From: Thermoplasmatota archaeon
GTDB taxonomy: Archaea; Thermoplasmatota; Thermoplasmata; UBA10834
Reading direction: 5' to 3'
NCBI GenBank assembly: GCA_022848805.1
Contig: JAJISI010000002.1
Coordinates: 1 to 51,533 of the forward strand
Length of the DNA: 51,533 nucleotides
Shown here piece by piece: positions 1 through 10,199 of the stretch. The notes under the pieces were generated by a model. That model was given only the letters and a program-made list of their open reading frames with translations. It had not been told where the DNA came from and made no database searches. Positions within the stretch are counted from its first letter, which is position 1, and each line of letters starts with the position of its first letter. The translations under genes and the position numbers were made by a program.

Positions 1-2
1 AT

Positions 3-815
3 GCGCGCGAGGCCGGGCTCAAGATATGCTACCATCTGATGCCTGGACTGCCAGGTAGTAGCTACGACGACGATATGCGTTCCTTCGTCTTGATGCTCGA
101 GGACGAACGGTTCAAGCCCGACATGCTGAAGATATATCCTACTCTGGTTGTGGCGGGCACGGAGCTGCACGAGATGTGGAAGAATGGCGAATACATGCCC
201 TTGTCTCTTGAGGCGGCGACCCGACTCGTGGCTGACATGAAGAGAAGTGTTCCTTCATGGATGAGGATCCTAAGGGTGCAGAGGGACATCCCCGTGCAAC
301 TAATCGAGGCAGGGGTGAGGAAGAGTCATCTCCGTGAGCTGGTGGCGGAGGAGTTGTCGGCGGCCGGCGAGTCGTGCAAATGCATTCGATGCAGGGAGGT
401 CGGGCACGCCAGAATCAGCGCTGACGACGCGGAATCGGAAGACACGTCGTTCAACGAACTTTCTTATCGGGCCGCGGGCGGGACGGAGTACTTCGTCAGT
501 TGCACCATATCGGGGACTTCGATTCTTATCGGATATGCGAGGCTCAGATGTCCCGACGGGTCATCGTCCTCCACTGCCACGATTCGTGAGCTCCATGTCT
601 ACGGTCAGATGGTTCCGATAGACGAGCCGGCGAAGGATCGTTGGCAGCACAGGGGCATCGGCGAAGAGCTGATATCGCGCTGTGAGGAGAGGGCGTCCTC
701 CGTTGGGTTATCTTCTATTAGAGCCACGAGCGGTGTGGGCGTCAGGGAGTATTACAGGCGTCTGGGTTACGAACGGACGGGAACGTACATGACGAAACCG
801 CTCCCCGGAGGCTGA
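3..815 (+). CDS. elp3: Elp3 tRNA uridine(34) acetyltransferase (radical SAM + KAT), C-terminal part; 5' end outside window
   Basis: The frame is open from base 3 (AREAGLKICYHLMPGLPGS). Motifs KIYPTLVV, RVQRDIP, CKCIRCREVG, IRELHVYG, WQHRGIG and GVREYYRRLGY are typical of archaeal Elp3. Confidence 0.95.
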   Translation, partial: AREAGLKICYHLMPGLPGSSYDDDMRSFVLMLEDERFKPDMLKIYPTLVVAGTELHEMWKNGEYMPLSLEAATRLVADMKRSVPSWMRILRVQRDIPVQLIEAGVRKSHLRELVAEELSAAGESCKCIRCREVGHARISADDAESEDTSFNELSYRAAGGTEYFVSCTISGTSILIGYARLRCPDGSSSSTATIRELHVYGQMVPIDEPAKDRWQHRGIGEELISRCEERASSVGLSSIRATSGVGVREYYRRLGYERTGTYMTKPLPGG

Positions 816-876
816 ACCAGCGACATTATGATTATATCAAATAACCCTTACCAGTTTCGACCGGAGGAGACGCCAG

Positions 877-2757
877 GTGCCATGCCTAAAATGCGAACAA
901 CCCTGTGATGAGAGCGCACTTATCTGTGACGAGTGTGCCGATTCGTGCTTGGGGGAGGCGCGGTTCTTCCTCAGCCCGGTTCTGATTGGTCCAAGCCTCT
1001 ACGCGCGTCTCAGGTCGGAAGGGTCCATCGCCTGCCTGCTCGGCCCCGTATCTGACGGAGAGGCCGTGCTGACAACGTCGACGGATATTCGGAGGATACT
1101 GCAGGAGGCGATTCCGGAGGGCATGTCTGACGACGAAGCTAAGGCATTCCTGGATCTCTGCAACGAGACGCTCGCCCACATGGGCGTTCCGCTGAAGTTC
1201 CATCCCTCCGCGATGCTGTTGACCACGGATGCCGCTGAGACGACGATGGCGGTTCGGATTAAGGCCGAGGCCGTGCTAGCCGGCCATGAAACAGCCGCAG
1301 TCAGTGACCTTAACTTGCGAATGGGCGTTGTGTACTGGAGCGCGCTTCGCGGCGTACTCTTGAGAGCCGCTAGCAAGAAATGGAGGGTGGCTAAGCGGGC
1401 CGAACTGGTATCCAAGGCGAAGGCGTACTTCTCGAAGGTCGACGAACGCGACGACCTGTTCTCCATCGCGTCCTGGAACCTGGGTATGCTGTGCTCTGAA
1501 GTTGGCGAGTGGGAGGTTGCACGGGAGCATCTAGAGCGGACGTTGAAACACTTCCCTAACGACCAGGAAGTCGCAGAGACTCTTGCAATAGCGGACCTGG
1601 AGCTTGGAAATCAGATGGACGCGCTAGCTAGGGTCGACGAGATACTTGTACAGACTCCCTCGCCAGGCCTATGGTCGCTCAAGGGCCGGATCCTTCTTAG
1701 CATGGCCAAAAAGGAGGAGGCGCTCGAGTGCTTCAGCCAGGCGATATCCTCGGACCCGCGCACGATCGATGCGCACAACCAACTGATTGCCACGCTTCGG
1801 TCCATGGGTAGAGATGAGGAGGCCTCGCTTGCTGAGCAGCAGAAGACTCTGTCCAGAAGGCCCGATCTCGAGGAGAAGATTTTCGAGGTCGTGGGTGAAC
1901 TGACGAAGGTCTCTTCCCATTCAGATCCCGGTCGTCCCAGAATCCGTCAGCTTGCGAAGGCCAGGGATGAGGTCGTGGGCGAACCCGCGGAACCCGTCAC
2001 CCAGCTCGACCTTGCACTCGCAGCGCTCGAGACCAAGGATTATGACACGGCTATACAGCGTGCACAGCATATTGTCGACAGCGACCCCGGCTCGCGAGAG
2101 GCGAACCTCGTACTGATCGAAGCGTATGTGGCGAGTGGAGATATCCCGCAGGCATCATCAAGAGTGCATTCCTTCTACGAGCGTCACAGGAGTGACCCGC
2201 ATGCTTGGTACTGGCGAGGAGTGGTCGCCGACAGAGAAGGTAAATGGGGAGCGGCCGTGCAGTATTTCAGCAAGGCGGTGACGCTGGACCCAGAGCTGGC
2301 CGTCGCATGGGCTGCCATGGGTGCTACGCTGCTTGAGAACGACAAGTACAACGGCGCGGACGAGAGCTTCTCACGTGCACTCCAGGTCGACCCCGGTAAT
2401 GAGGAGGCATGGTTAGGAAAGGGCAGGACTATGCGTGCGCTCGGTAGGTGGGGTGCCGCCATTCAGTGCCTGGACAAATACAACTCGCTGGTTCCGAACG
2501 ACAAGGATGCATGGCTTCTCAAGGGGGATATCCTCTTCGACAAGGAGAAGCACAGGCGAGCCATCGACGCTTACAACAAGTACATCGAACTCCATCAAGC
2601 AGATTCGTACGCACTGGGAAAGAAGGGAGTCGCGTTCAACATGCTCGGCATGTTAGATGATGCCATCACGTGCCTCGAGGAGAGCGTCCGCCTCGACCCG
2701 TCGAACAGGGAAGCGGTCAAATGGCTCGACACGTTGCGCGACGGGGGGTCGATCTGA
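877..2757 (+). CDS. TPR-repeat protein with N-terminal zinc ribbon
   Basis: GTG start after GGAGGAG. N-terminal CLKC-x10-CDEC, then many TPR units (e.g. AWYWRGVVADREGKWGAAVQYFSKAVTLDP). Confidence 0.85.
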   Translation: MPCLKCEQPCDESALICDECADSCLGEARFFLSPVLIGPSLYARLRSEGSIACLLGPVSDGEAVLTTSTDIRRILQEAIPEGMSDDEAKAFLDLCNETLAHMGVPLKFHPSAMLLTTDAAETTMAVRIKAEAVLAGHETAAVSDLNLRMGVVYWSALRGVLLRAASKKWRVAKRAELVSKAKAYFSKVDERDDLFSIASWNLGMLCSEVGEWEVAREHLERTLKHFPNDQEVAETLAIADLELGNQMDALARVDEILVQTPSPGLWSLKGRILLSMAKKEEALECFSQAISSDPRTIDAHNQLIATLRSMGRDEEASLAEQQKTLSRRPDLEEKIFEVVGELTKVSSHSDPGRPRIRQLAKARDEVVGEPAEPVTQLDLALAALETKDYDTAIQRAQHIVDSDPGSREANLVLIEAYVASGDIPQASSRVHSFYERHRSDPHAWYWRGVVADREGKWGAAVQYFSKAVTLDPELAVAWAAMGATLLENDKYNGADESFSRALQVDPGNEEAWLGKGRTMRALGRWGAAIQCLDKYNSLVPNDKDAWLLKGDILFDKEKHRRAIDAYNKYIELHQADSYALGKKGVAFNMLGMLDDAITCLEESVRLDPSNREAVKWLDTLRDGGSI

Positions 2758-5369
2758 TGGTCGAACTCGACAAGATCCTCAGCGAGCGGTCCGATGAGAT
2801 AATACTCTCGGCCCTTCACGCGGTGTCTGAGTACGAATTCAAGACGGCCGTCGAGCGCGTGCTCGGGTGTCTGGGTTTGAAGGTGACTCGAAGCCGTGCG
2901 CGTGCAGATTTCATCATAGCCGACTGCATTCACAGACCCGACGATGCGAAGTACGTCGTCTTTTTCTCGAGGCGCGACGAGGGCGTGTCCAAGCAGTCAC
3001 TAGATAGTCTGATAGGATACATGAAGAGGATAGAGGCCCGGAACGGGCTTGTGCTCTCGACGTCGTCGATACTGCCCGCCGCCGTGAAAGCAGCAGAGGC
3101 CAACAACGTTGGCGTCGCTGACGGGCCGAAGCTCGCAGCACTGATACGCAGATTCGACCTGGACCGCGCCCTCATCCACGAAGCGGACATTGCGAGGGAA
3201 CGTGGCAGGCATGCATCCGTCGTAGGTCTCGATGAAACCGTTGCGAAGATGATGGCTGAAGGACACGACGCCTTATCCAGCAGAGATTATGTGAAGGCCC
3301 TTGAGTGCTTCGATCAGGCGATTCTGCTCCATGACGGATACGATGTTGCCTGGAGGGTGAAGGCCATCGTATTGGATGAGATGGGATTCCACGAACAGGC
3401 CCTCGAGTGCTTCAAGCGCGCTGTCGACATGAATCCCGACAGTGACGAAACGTGGTTCGCCTTGGGCAATTGTCTGTATTCACTGTCGAGTCACGATGAC
3501 GAGCTTAGGTGCTATGACAGGGCGTTGGAGATCAACCCGCTACACCCGAAGGCACTCGTGAACAAGGGATACGCACTTCACAGACTCGGCCGGTACCGGG
3601 AGGCGCTCGACGCGTACGACACGGTGCTGAAGAGGAACTACCGATTGGAGAAGGTGCACAACAACAGAGGAGTGACCCTCCATAAGCTAGGCAGGAGCGA
3701 GGAGGCGCTGGAATCCTATGCCCACGCGATAGCCCTCAGACAGGGGTATTCCGAGGCTTGGCTTAACAAGGGCAACCTCTTGCACGAGCTAGGAAGGGAC
3801 GATGAGGCGTTCGAAGCGTTCATTCACCTGACGGACCTAAGGCCTGACTCCGCGACGGCCTGGTATCTCAAAGGCGTTGTCGCTGCGGCGCTCGGACGAA
3901 AGGCGCTGGCCAAGAGATCTCTGGAGGAGAGCCTGAGACTTGATCCGGACGGTTCGCAGACGAAACAGATGCTGGAGGACATTGAGGGGACCGACGATGA
4001 ACCGATCGTAGAGCCTCCTCGCCTTATGGAGGAGATATTCTCGCCGGAGCCAGAGGTCGAAGCCGAGACGCCCGTCGAAATCGAGCCCCCTTCTCCCCCA
4101 GAGGTCGACGTCGATTCAGTGGTTCCAGAGGAGACCGTTGAGCAGCTGGCCGAGGAACTCTACGGGGATAGGGCGGAGTTCCTACTTCTCCTCGGGAGGC
4201 TCGATGAAGCCTACGACCTGATTGGGAAGTCCTTGCGCCTGGAGGGCGACAATTCGAGGCTCCTCACTGCTGCCGGGAACGTCCTCTTCAAACAGGGCAA
4301 GTTCGAGGCTGCGATTAGAACATACGAGCATGCCTACGCGGTCGACCCAAGACACGCACCAGCCATCTACAATCTGCATATGGCGCTCATGGTGGCGGGT
4401 GAGGTGGACCTTGCGCTCAAGGTGAGTGAGTCGCTTAGGGAATTGGGGAGCGGTTGGCAAGAACGGGCAGCTTCCGCGTTGGAGGCGCAGAAGAGAAAAG
4501 ACTATCGGCAGGCGATTGAGGACATCGAGACTGCCCTGGCATTTGCGAACTTGGCTATGCTAGTCAACTACAAGGGCGTACTTCAGCTCTTATCGCACGA
4601 TACTGACGGTGCTTCGGAGACCTTCGGCAGACTGATATCGTCGACTTTCGACCCGTCGGAGGCACATAACAACCTGGGGGTCGCCAATCTCTGGAAGGGC
4701 AATCTAGGGGACGCCGTCTCCGAGTTCGACAAGGCAATCAGAATGAAGAAGAACAACCCCACCGCATGGAACAACAGAGGATGCATACTGTATAGGGAGG
4801 AACGGTTGCGGGAGGCAGTCGCTTGCTTCGAGGAATCACTCGTTATCAACCCGACTGCGGTAGCCATGACGAACAAGGGATTCAGCCAGCTCTCTCTCGA
4901 CATGCTTGAGGAAGCTACCGTCACATTCGAACAATCCACAAAGATAATGGCGACACCTGAGGCATACAACAACAAAGGGATAGCTCTCAGGAGGCAGGGA
5001 AAGCTCGACGAGGCGATTACCGCGTTCAGAGAGGCCCTTAGGATCGCGCCTCAGTTCGGGGACACGAGTACGAACCTCCGTGAGGCGGTCGCCGCAAGCC
5101 AGTCCGCCACTAAGGAGGTGAAGGTCGAGACCGAAGATGCCGAGATACTTTCGCCCCCTTCGCCGGACACGGACGACGAGGAGGCCAAGAAATCCGACCA
5201 TCTGGAGTTGCTGCGACACGAGACGGAGGGCACGTTGAAGGGACTGAGAAAGGCGGAGCTGGAGGCCATATGCATCGCTGTCAGCATCAGCTCAAAAGGG
5301 ACGAAGAAAGAGCTGACATCAAGGATTCTCAAGGAGAGGCGACGTCTGCTTAGACGGAGAAAGCGTTGA
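2757..5369 (+). CDS. Large TPR protein with degenerate Mrr-like restriction-endonuclease domain (N-term) and SAP-like motif (C-term)
   Basis: The ATG overlaps the upstream stop (TGATG at 2755-2759). The N-terminal ~130 aa follow the Mrr_cat pattern (EF..AV..VL..LGLKV...GLVLSTS.I...A...A....V.VADGPKL..LI). Two TPR blocks are separated by an acidic/Pro linker. The C-terminal LKGLRKAELEAICIAVSISSKGTKKELTSRI resembles a SAP motif. Confidence 0.8.
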   Translation: MVELDKILSERSDEIILSALHAVSEYEFKTAVERVLGCLGLKVTRSRARADFIIADCIHRPDDAKYVVFFSRRDEGVSKQSLDSLIGYMKRIEARNGLVLSTSSILPAAVKAAEANNVGVADGPKLAALIRRFDLDRALIHEADIARERGRHASVVGLDETVAKMMAEGHDALSSRDYVKALECFDQAILLHDGYDVAWRVKAIVLDEMGFHEQALECFKRAVDMNPDSDETWFALGNCLYSLSSHDDELRCYDRALEINPLHPKALVNKGYALHRLGRYREALDAYDTVLKRNYRLEKVHNNRGVTLHKLGRSEEALESYAHAIALRQGYSEAWLNKGNLLHELGRDDEAFEAFIHLTDLRPDSATAWYLKGVVAAALGRKALAKRSLEESLRLDPDGSQTKQMLEDIEGTDDEPIVEPPRLMEEIFSPEPEVEAETPVEIEPPSPPEVDVDSVVPEETVEQLAEELYGDRAEFLLLLGRLDEAYDLIGKSLRLEGDNSRLLTAAGNVLFKQGKFEAAIRTYEHAYAVDPRHAPAIYNLHMALMVAGEVDLALKVSESLRELGSGWQERAASALEAQKRKDYRQAIEDIETALAFANLAMLVNYKGVLQLLSHDTDGASETFGRLISSTFDPSEAHNNLGVANLWKGNLGDAVSEFDKAIRMKKNNPTAWNNRGCILYREERLREAVACFEESLVINPTAVAMTNKGFSQLSLDMLEEATVTFEQSTKIMATPEAYNNKGIALRRQGKLDEAITAFREALRIAPQFGDTSTNLREAVAASQSATKEVKVETEDAEILSPPSPDTDDEEAKKSDHLELLRHETEGTLKGLRKAELEAICIAVSISSKGTKKELTSRILKERRRLLRRRKR

Positions 5370-5399
5370 TACGCACAATCCCAGGAATCTCTGCCCTGG

Positions 5400-5645
5400 T
5401 TATGCGATGTTCATGACAACGACGTCTCGGACAGCCCTCATTTCGCTGAACGGAAGCACTAGTCTGCCGTCGGAATCGGTCTTGAACAGTCGCGGCTCGA
5501 CCTCCTCAGCCGGGATCACGAGGACGTTCTGAAGCTCACCAGTCTTCGTATCTATGAGGAAATTCTCTATCATGCCGAGTATCTGGCCATCATTGGTCAT
5601 CACGGTCTTGCCCTTCAGCTCGGTAATGAATTTACGCATGGTCAT
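5400..5645 (-). CDS. PRC-barrel domain protein (archaeal CdpB-like)
   Basis: ELKGKTVMTNDGQILG.IENFLIDTKTGEL..VLV.P...LVLPFSEMRAVRDVVVM is a stand-alone PRC-barrel pattern. It lies 11 bp downstream of cdc48. Confidence 0.85.
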   Translation of the reverse strand: MTMRKFITELKGKTVMTNDGQILGMIENFLIDTKTGELQNVLVIPAEEVEPRLFKTDSDGRLVLPFSEMRAVRDVVVMNIA

Positions 5646-5656
5646 CCCATCTCCAA

Positions 5657-7879
5657 CTACCTGTAGTAGCCAAGGGCGTTATCATCTTTGACCCTCTTAG
5701 ATATTGCGGTTACCATCTCCTTGGCCAGTGATTCATACAGCTTTGCAGTTTCCTGGTCCGTTGAAGCTCTAACGAGCTTCAGCGCCTCCGAGAAGTTGCT
5801 CGAAGTGACCTTGTTCGCTCCCTTCTTGTGTCTGAGCGCGATGAGACCCGCCTCTCGGCAGAGGTTCTCGAGGTCGGCTCCGACGTACCCGTCGGTCTTC
5901 TCGGCGATTGCGTCGAGATCGACTCTTTCGAGCGGCATGTTGCGGGTGTGCACCTCCAGTATCTTCCGCCTGCTTGCAGTATCAGGCAGCGGGATGAGGA
6001 GCAGTTTGTCGAATCTTCCTGGACGCAGCAACGCCTTGTCGAGTATGTCCGGACGGTTGGTCGCCGCTATCACGAACACGTTGTCCAGGGAGTCCATGCC
6101 ATCCATGGAGGTGAGGAGCTGATTGACTATTCTCTCCGTCGCACCAGAGTCGTGATGGCTCCCGCGCTTCGGTGCGATCGCGTCGATCTCGTCTAGGAAG
6201 ACGATCGATGGCGCAACCTGCTTCGCCTTTTTGAATATCATCCTGACGGCCTTCTCGCTCTCCCCGACCCACTTTGACATGATCTCTGGGCCCTTGATGG
6301 AGATGAAGTTGGCTTTGGACTCGTTCGCTATCGCGCGCGCGACGAGCGTCTTCCCCGTTCCTGGCGCTCCGAACAGCAGCGTTCCGCAGGGGGGTTTGAT
6401 TCCGAGCCTGACGAAGGATTCCGGGTCATCCAAAGGCAGCTCGATCGCCTCGTTCATCGCCTTCTTGACCTCATCCAGTCCCCCGACGTCCTGCCAGGTC
6501 GCCTTCGGTATCTCGACGAAGACCTCTCTCAACGCGCTCGGTTCGATCTCCCGCAACGCGTCCTGGAAGTCCTGCGCGGTCACGCGCATCTTCTCGAGTA
6601 TCGCGGTCGGGATGGGCTTTCCGAACTCGATTTCCGGGAGGTATCTCCTCAGGGCGCGCATGGCGCTCTCTCGCGCGAGCGCCGCCAGGTCAGCTCCGAC
6701 GAAGCCGTGCGTGATGTCCGCGATACGGTCCAGCGTCACGTCCTTCTCGAGAGGCATCCCTCTGGTGTGTATCATCAGTATCTCAAGCCTGCCTTCGGAG
6801 GTCGGGGCGCCGATCTCTATCTCTCTGTCGAACCTGCCAGGCCGACGAAGCGCCGGGTCGATAGCCGCTTCCCTGTTGGTCGCCGCGATGACGATGACAT
6901 TTCCTCTGGATGTCAGTCCGTCCATGAGCGTCAGAAGTTGGGCGACCACCCTTCGCTCGACCTCTCCCTGCACCTCGTCTCTCTTCGGTGCGATCGAGTC
7001 CAGTTCGTCAATGAATATCACAGAGGGTGAGTTCTTCTCGGCATCGGAGAATATCTCTCGGAGGCGTTCCTCGCTCTGGCCGTAGAACTTGGACATTATC
7101 TCAGGACCCTGTATCGCGAAGAAGTTCGCTCCAGCCTCGTTGGCCACGGCCCGCGCGATTAATGTCTTACCAGTACCCGGAGGCCCGTAGAGCAAGATCC
7201 CCTTCGGAGGGTCGATCCCAAGTCTGGAGAATATCTCAGGGTGCTTGAGTGGGAGCTCTGTCATCTCCCTTATCCTCTGCAGTACCCCCTCCAGCCCGCC
7301 GACGTCCTCGTAGGTCACAGATGGTCGTGTGAGCTCAGTCGCCTCGATTGGTTCAGTCCTGACGGAGAGATCGGTGAACTCGCTTACCTGGACTATTCCG
7401 TTCGGCGTGGTGGAGGCGACGACGAACGGGAGGAATCCTCCCATAAGCGCGATGTTCGGAATGATGATCTCGTCTCCTTTGACCACCGCACGGTTCAGGA
7501 GGCCCTTCTTGAACAACCCTTCCACCCCCTGGCCGAATCTGACTCTCTTACCATGTGGTATCTTGGGAGCGACGATGATTTTCTTCGCAGGCTGCCCCTC
7601 CGCCTTCTTCACGACTACCTTCTCGCCGATTGAAATGCCAGCGTTTCCTCGGATCATTCCATCGATCCTGATAACGCCCTTGCCCTCATCCTCATGGGCC
7701 GCTCTGAAGACCTTCGCTGCTGTCATCTTCTTGCCCGTGACCTCTATGATATCACCGACATCGATCCTCAGAGTCTTCCTGGTCTCGGAATCGATTCTCG
7801 CCCGCCCAAGACCGACTTCCGATTGATGATGAGCTCTCGCAACTTTCAGTGTGACCGTGTTCGCAGCCTTCTTCGACAT
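5657..7879 (-). CDS. cdc48: CDC48/VAT family AAA+ ATPase
   Basis: N-domain plus two AAA domains (GPPGTGKT...FIDELDSIAPKR; GAPGTGKT...FLDEIDAIAPKR), RPGRFD motifs, C-terminal GYYR. Confidence 0.97.
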   Translation of the reverse strand: MSKKAANTVTLKVARAHHQSEVGLGRARIDSETRKTLRIDVGDIIEVTGKKMTAAKVFRAAHEDEGKGVIRIDGMIRGNAGISIGEKVVVKKAEGQPAKKIIVAPKIPHGKRVRFGQGVEGLFKKGLLNRAVVKGDEIIIPNIALMGGFLPFVVASTTPNGIVQVSEFTDLSVRTEPIEATELTRPSVTYEDVGGLEGVLQRIREMTELPLKHPEIFSRLGIDPPKGILLYGPPGTGKTLIARAVANEAGANFFAIQGPEIMSKFYGQSEERLREIFSDAEKNSPSVIFIDELDSIAPKRDEVQGEVERRVVAQLLTLMDGLTSRGNVIVIAATNREAAIDPALRRPGRFDREIEIGAPTSEGRLEILMIHTRGMPLEKDVTLDRIADITHGFVGADLAALARESAMRALRRYLPEIEFGKPIPTAILEKMRVTAQDFQDALREIEPSALREVFVEIPKATWQDVGGLDEVKKAMNEAIELPLDDPESFVRLGIKPPCGTLLFGAPGTGKTLVARAIANESKANFISIKGPEIMSKWVGESEKAVRMIFKKAKQVAPSIVFLDEIDAIAPKRGSHHDSGATERIVNQLLTSMDGMDSLDNVFVIAATNRPDILDKALLRPGRFDKLLLIPLPDTASRRKILEVHTRNMPLERVDLDAIAEKTDGYVGADLENLCREAGLIALRHKKGANKVTSSNFSEALKLVRASTDQETAKLYESLAKEMVTAISKRVKDDNALGYYR

Positions 7880-8074
7880 CCGGTGCGTAATCCCCCACGC
7901 TGTCCAAAAAACTTTTGGAGGCCGTGCGGGGTCAGCTGAGTAGCGAGTTGAGGTTCGAAATATCGCGACGGAAAATGCCCGTCATCCGTCGCAGGGGATG
8001 CATATAACAGTACATGCGGACATTGCACAACTCCATGTCCTTCCGCGTGCTGGGCGCCCGGCTTGCTCAGGGTT

Positions 8075-8093
8075 AGAGAGAAAGCCTTAAAAT
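8075..8093 (+). promoter_or_regulatory. Putative BRE/TATA promoter of the oxidoreductase operon
   Basis: Purine-rich GAGAGAAAG followed by CCTTAAAAT, about 36 bp upstream of the ATG at 8129. Confidence 0.5.
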
Positions 8094-8128
8094 GCCTTCT
8101 CTTATTCGAATAGTAGCGAGGCGTTGGA

Positions 8129-9013
8129 ATGTACGAAGTTCGTTTTCATGGTCGCGGCGGACAGGGGGCGGTGATGGCCGCTCAGGCGCTCGCGAGTGCG
8201 GCGCATGCTGAGGGAGGCTACGCCACTGCTTTTCCGTTCTTTGGGGCTGAGAGAAGAGGCGCTCCCGTGCTTGCGTTCACAAGGATCGATGACAAGAGGA
8301 TCTACAGGAAGACGCAGGTGTACGAGCCCGATTTCGTGGTGGTGCTGGACGAGGGTCTGCTGGAGATAATCAACGTCGTAGAAGGGTTGCGAGACGGTGG
8401 GATCGTCGTGATCAACTCTGCGAAGAAGCCTGAGGAGATCGATGTGGGCATGGATGTGAAGATCGCCACCATTGATGCTACGAGCGTCGCGCTCGAGATA
8501 CTGAAGCGACCAGCCACGAATTCTCCGATACTAGGCGCCTTCTCGAAGGCAACGGACCTTGTCAAGATAGAATCCATCGAAAAAGGTATTATGCAGGTGT
8601 TCGGAGACCGGTTGGGTCCGAAGATCGGTGAGAAGAACGCGAAGGCAGCTCGTGCGGCGTACGAGAAGACCGTTATCGGCACATCCCACGGAAAGCGTCA
8701 GCTGAAAGCAACAGAGAAGTGGTTGCCGGATGTGAATGAGTTGCCCATGGGGGTCGCGTGCGAATCAATCAAGACTGCTGCTGGTCCCGTCGGACCAGGA
8801 TCGTTCGTAGAGAGCAAAACCGGCAGCTGGAAAGTGTTCAGACCGGAGTACGATAAGGAGAAGTGCACCATGTGCAACATCTGCTGGTTCTACTGTCCTG
8901 AGGGATGCATATACCGAAAGGATGATCACATGGACTTCGACATGGACTACTGCAAGGGCTGCGGAATATGTGCGAATGAGTGCCCGGTCGAGGCCATCAG
9001 GATGGTGAGGTGA
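8129..9013 (+). CDS. porC: 2-oxoacid (pyruvate/ketoisovalerate):ferredoxin oxidoreductase, fused gamma-delta subunit
   Basis: Gamma motifs [11 protein letters not shown] and [11 protein letters not shown]-terminal delta ferredoxin KTGSWK.FRP...[12 protein letters not shown]...[13 protein letters not shown]. Confidence 0.92.
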   Translation: MYEVRFHGRGGQGAVMAAQALASAAHAEGGYATAFPFFGAERRGAPVLAFTRIDDKRIYRKTQVYEPDFVVVLDEGLLEIINVVEGLRDGGIVVINSAKKPEEIDVGMDVKIATIDATSVALEILKRPATNSPILGAFSKATDLVKIESIEKGIMQVFGDRLGPKIGEKNAKAARAAYEKTVIGTSHGKRQLKATEKWLPDVNELPMGVACESIKTAAGPVGPGSFVESKTGSWKVFRPEYDKEKCTMCNICWFYCPEGCIYRKDDHMDFDMDYCKGCGICANECPVEAIRMVR

Positions 9014-9017
9014 TCCT

Positions 9018-10199
9018 ATGGTGTCGAAGATATGCACAGGTAACTACGCTGCGGCTTACGGTTCGATGCGGTCGAGGGCGAGGGTGGTAGCAGCCTATCC
9101 TATCACGCCTCAGACGTTCATTGTGGAGCACATATCGGAGTTCGTCAACAACGGAGAGATGGACTGCGAATACATCGAGGTGGAGAGCGAGCATTCCGCG
9201 ATGAGCGCCTGCGTGTCCGCAAGCGCCTCAGGCGTACGCACGTTCACTGCGACATCCTCCCAGGGGTTGGCGTTGATGCATGAGATCCTGCCGATTGCGA
9301 GCGGGATGAGGTTGCCCGTCGTCATGGCTGTCGTGAACAGGTCGATAGCTGCCCCGATAAACATCTGGGTGGAGCACAACGACATAATGCCAGAGCGTGA
9401 CTCCGGATGGTTGCAGGTGTTCTGCGATAACAATCAGGAGGTTCAGGACATGATCCTCCAGGCATATCGCATCGCCGAGGACAAGCGCGTGGCTCTTCCT
9501 ATGGCGGTCTGCCTTGACGCATTCATACTCTCGCACACCGTTGAGCCGGTGGATCTTATCGAGCAGGAGGACGCAGATAAGTACGTCCCCGAGTACAGCC
9601 CTCCGAGCCCGATCCTCGACACAGACGATGTCAAGGCGGTCGGCGTGTTCACACCACCGGACTACATGATGGAATGCAGGTGGCAGACCGACGATGCCAT
9701 GAGGCGGTCTGCTGAGGCGATTCGCGAAGCGAATGCAGCATTCGTCAAGCAGTTCGGAAGGGATCATGGCGGACTCATAGACCCTTATATGGTCGACGAC
9801 GCAGACGTCGTTCTTGTGACCATGGGGACGGCAAGCTCTACCGCCCACGAGGTCGTGGACGATATGAGGGGCGAGGGCAAGAAAGTAGGTCTCGTCAAGC
9901 TGAGATTCTGGCGCCCGTACCCAGGGCGCGAGCTCCGGGCGATAGCTGAGAAGGTCCAAGCCGTCGGTGTGTTCGACAGGGCGGTATCGTACGGGATCGG
10001 AGGCCCGTCGTTCATCGAGCTGAGGAACGCCGCATACGGCCTTGATGTGCCGATAATGAATTTCATAGGGGGATTGGGCGGCAGGGACGTCTCCCTTGCA
10101 GACGTCCGCTTCATGTACGAACGTCTACTTGAGACCGCCAAGACGGGCAAGGTCAGGCGTGATGTTACATGGATGGGCACCCGGGGGGTAGAACAGTGA
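9018..10199 (+). CDS. porA: 2-oxoacid:ferredoxin oxidoreductase alpha subunit
   Basis: Motifs AAYPITPQT, VESEHSAMS, TATSSQGLALMHE and GGLGGRD. Confidence 0.95.
   Translation: MVSKICTGNYAAAYGSMRSRARVVAAYPITPQTFIVEHISEFVNNGEMDCEYIEVESEHSAMSACVSASASGVRTFTATSSQGLALMHEILPIASGMRLPVVMAVVNRSIAAPINIWVEHNDIMPERDSGWLQVFCDNNQEVQDMILQAYRIAEDKRVALPMAVCLDAFILSHTVEPVDLIEQEDADKYVPEYSPPSPILDTDDVKAVGVFTPPDYMMECRWQTDDAMRRSAEAIREANAAFVKQFGRDHGGLIDPYMVDDADVVLVTMGTASSTAHEVVDDMRGEGKKVGLVKLRFWRPYPGRELRAIAEKVQAVGVFDRAVSYGIGGPSFIELRNAAYGLDVPIMNFIGGLGGRDVSLADVRFMYERLLETAKTGKVRRDVTWMGTRGVEQ

Noticed and set aside
2670..2756. Upstream extension of the 899-aa TPR ORF
   Set aside because: It overlaps the previous gene. 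The TGATG coupling at 2755-2759 gives the more plausible start.
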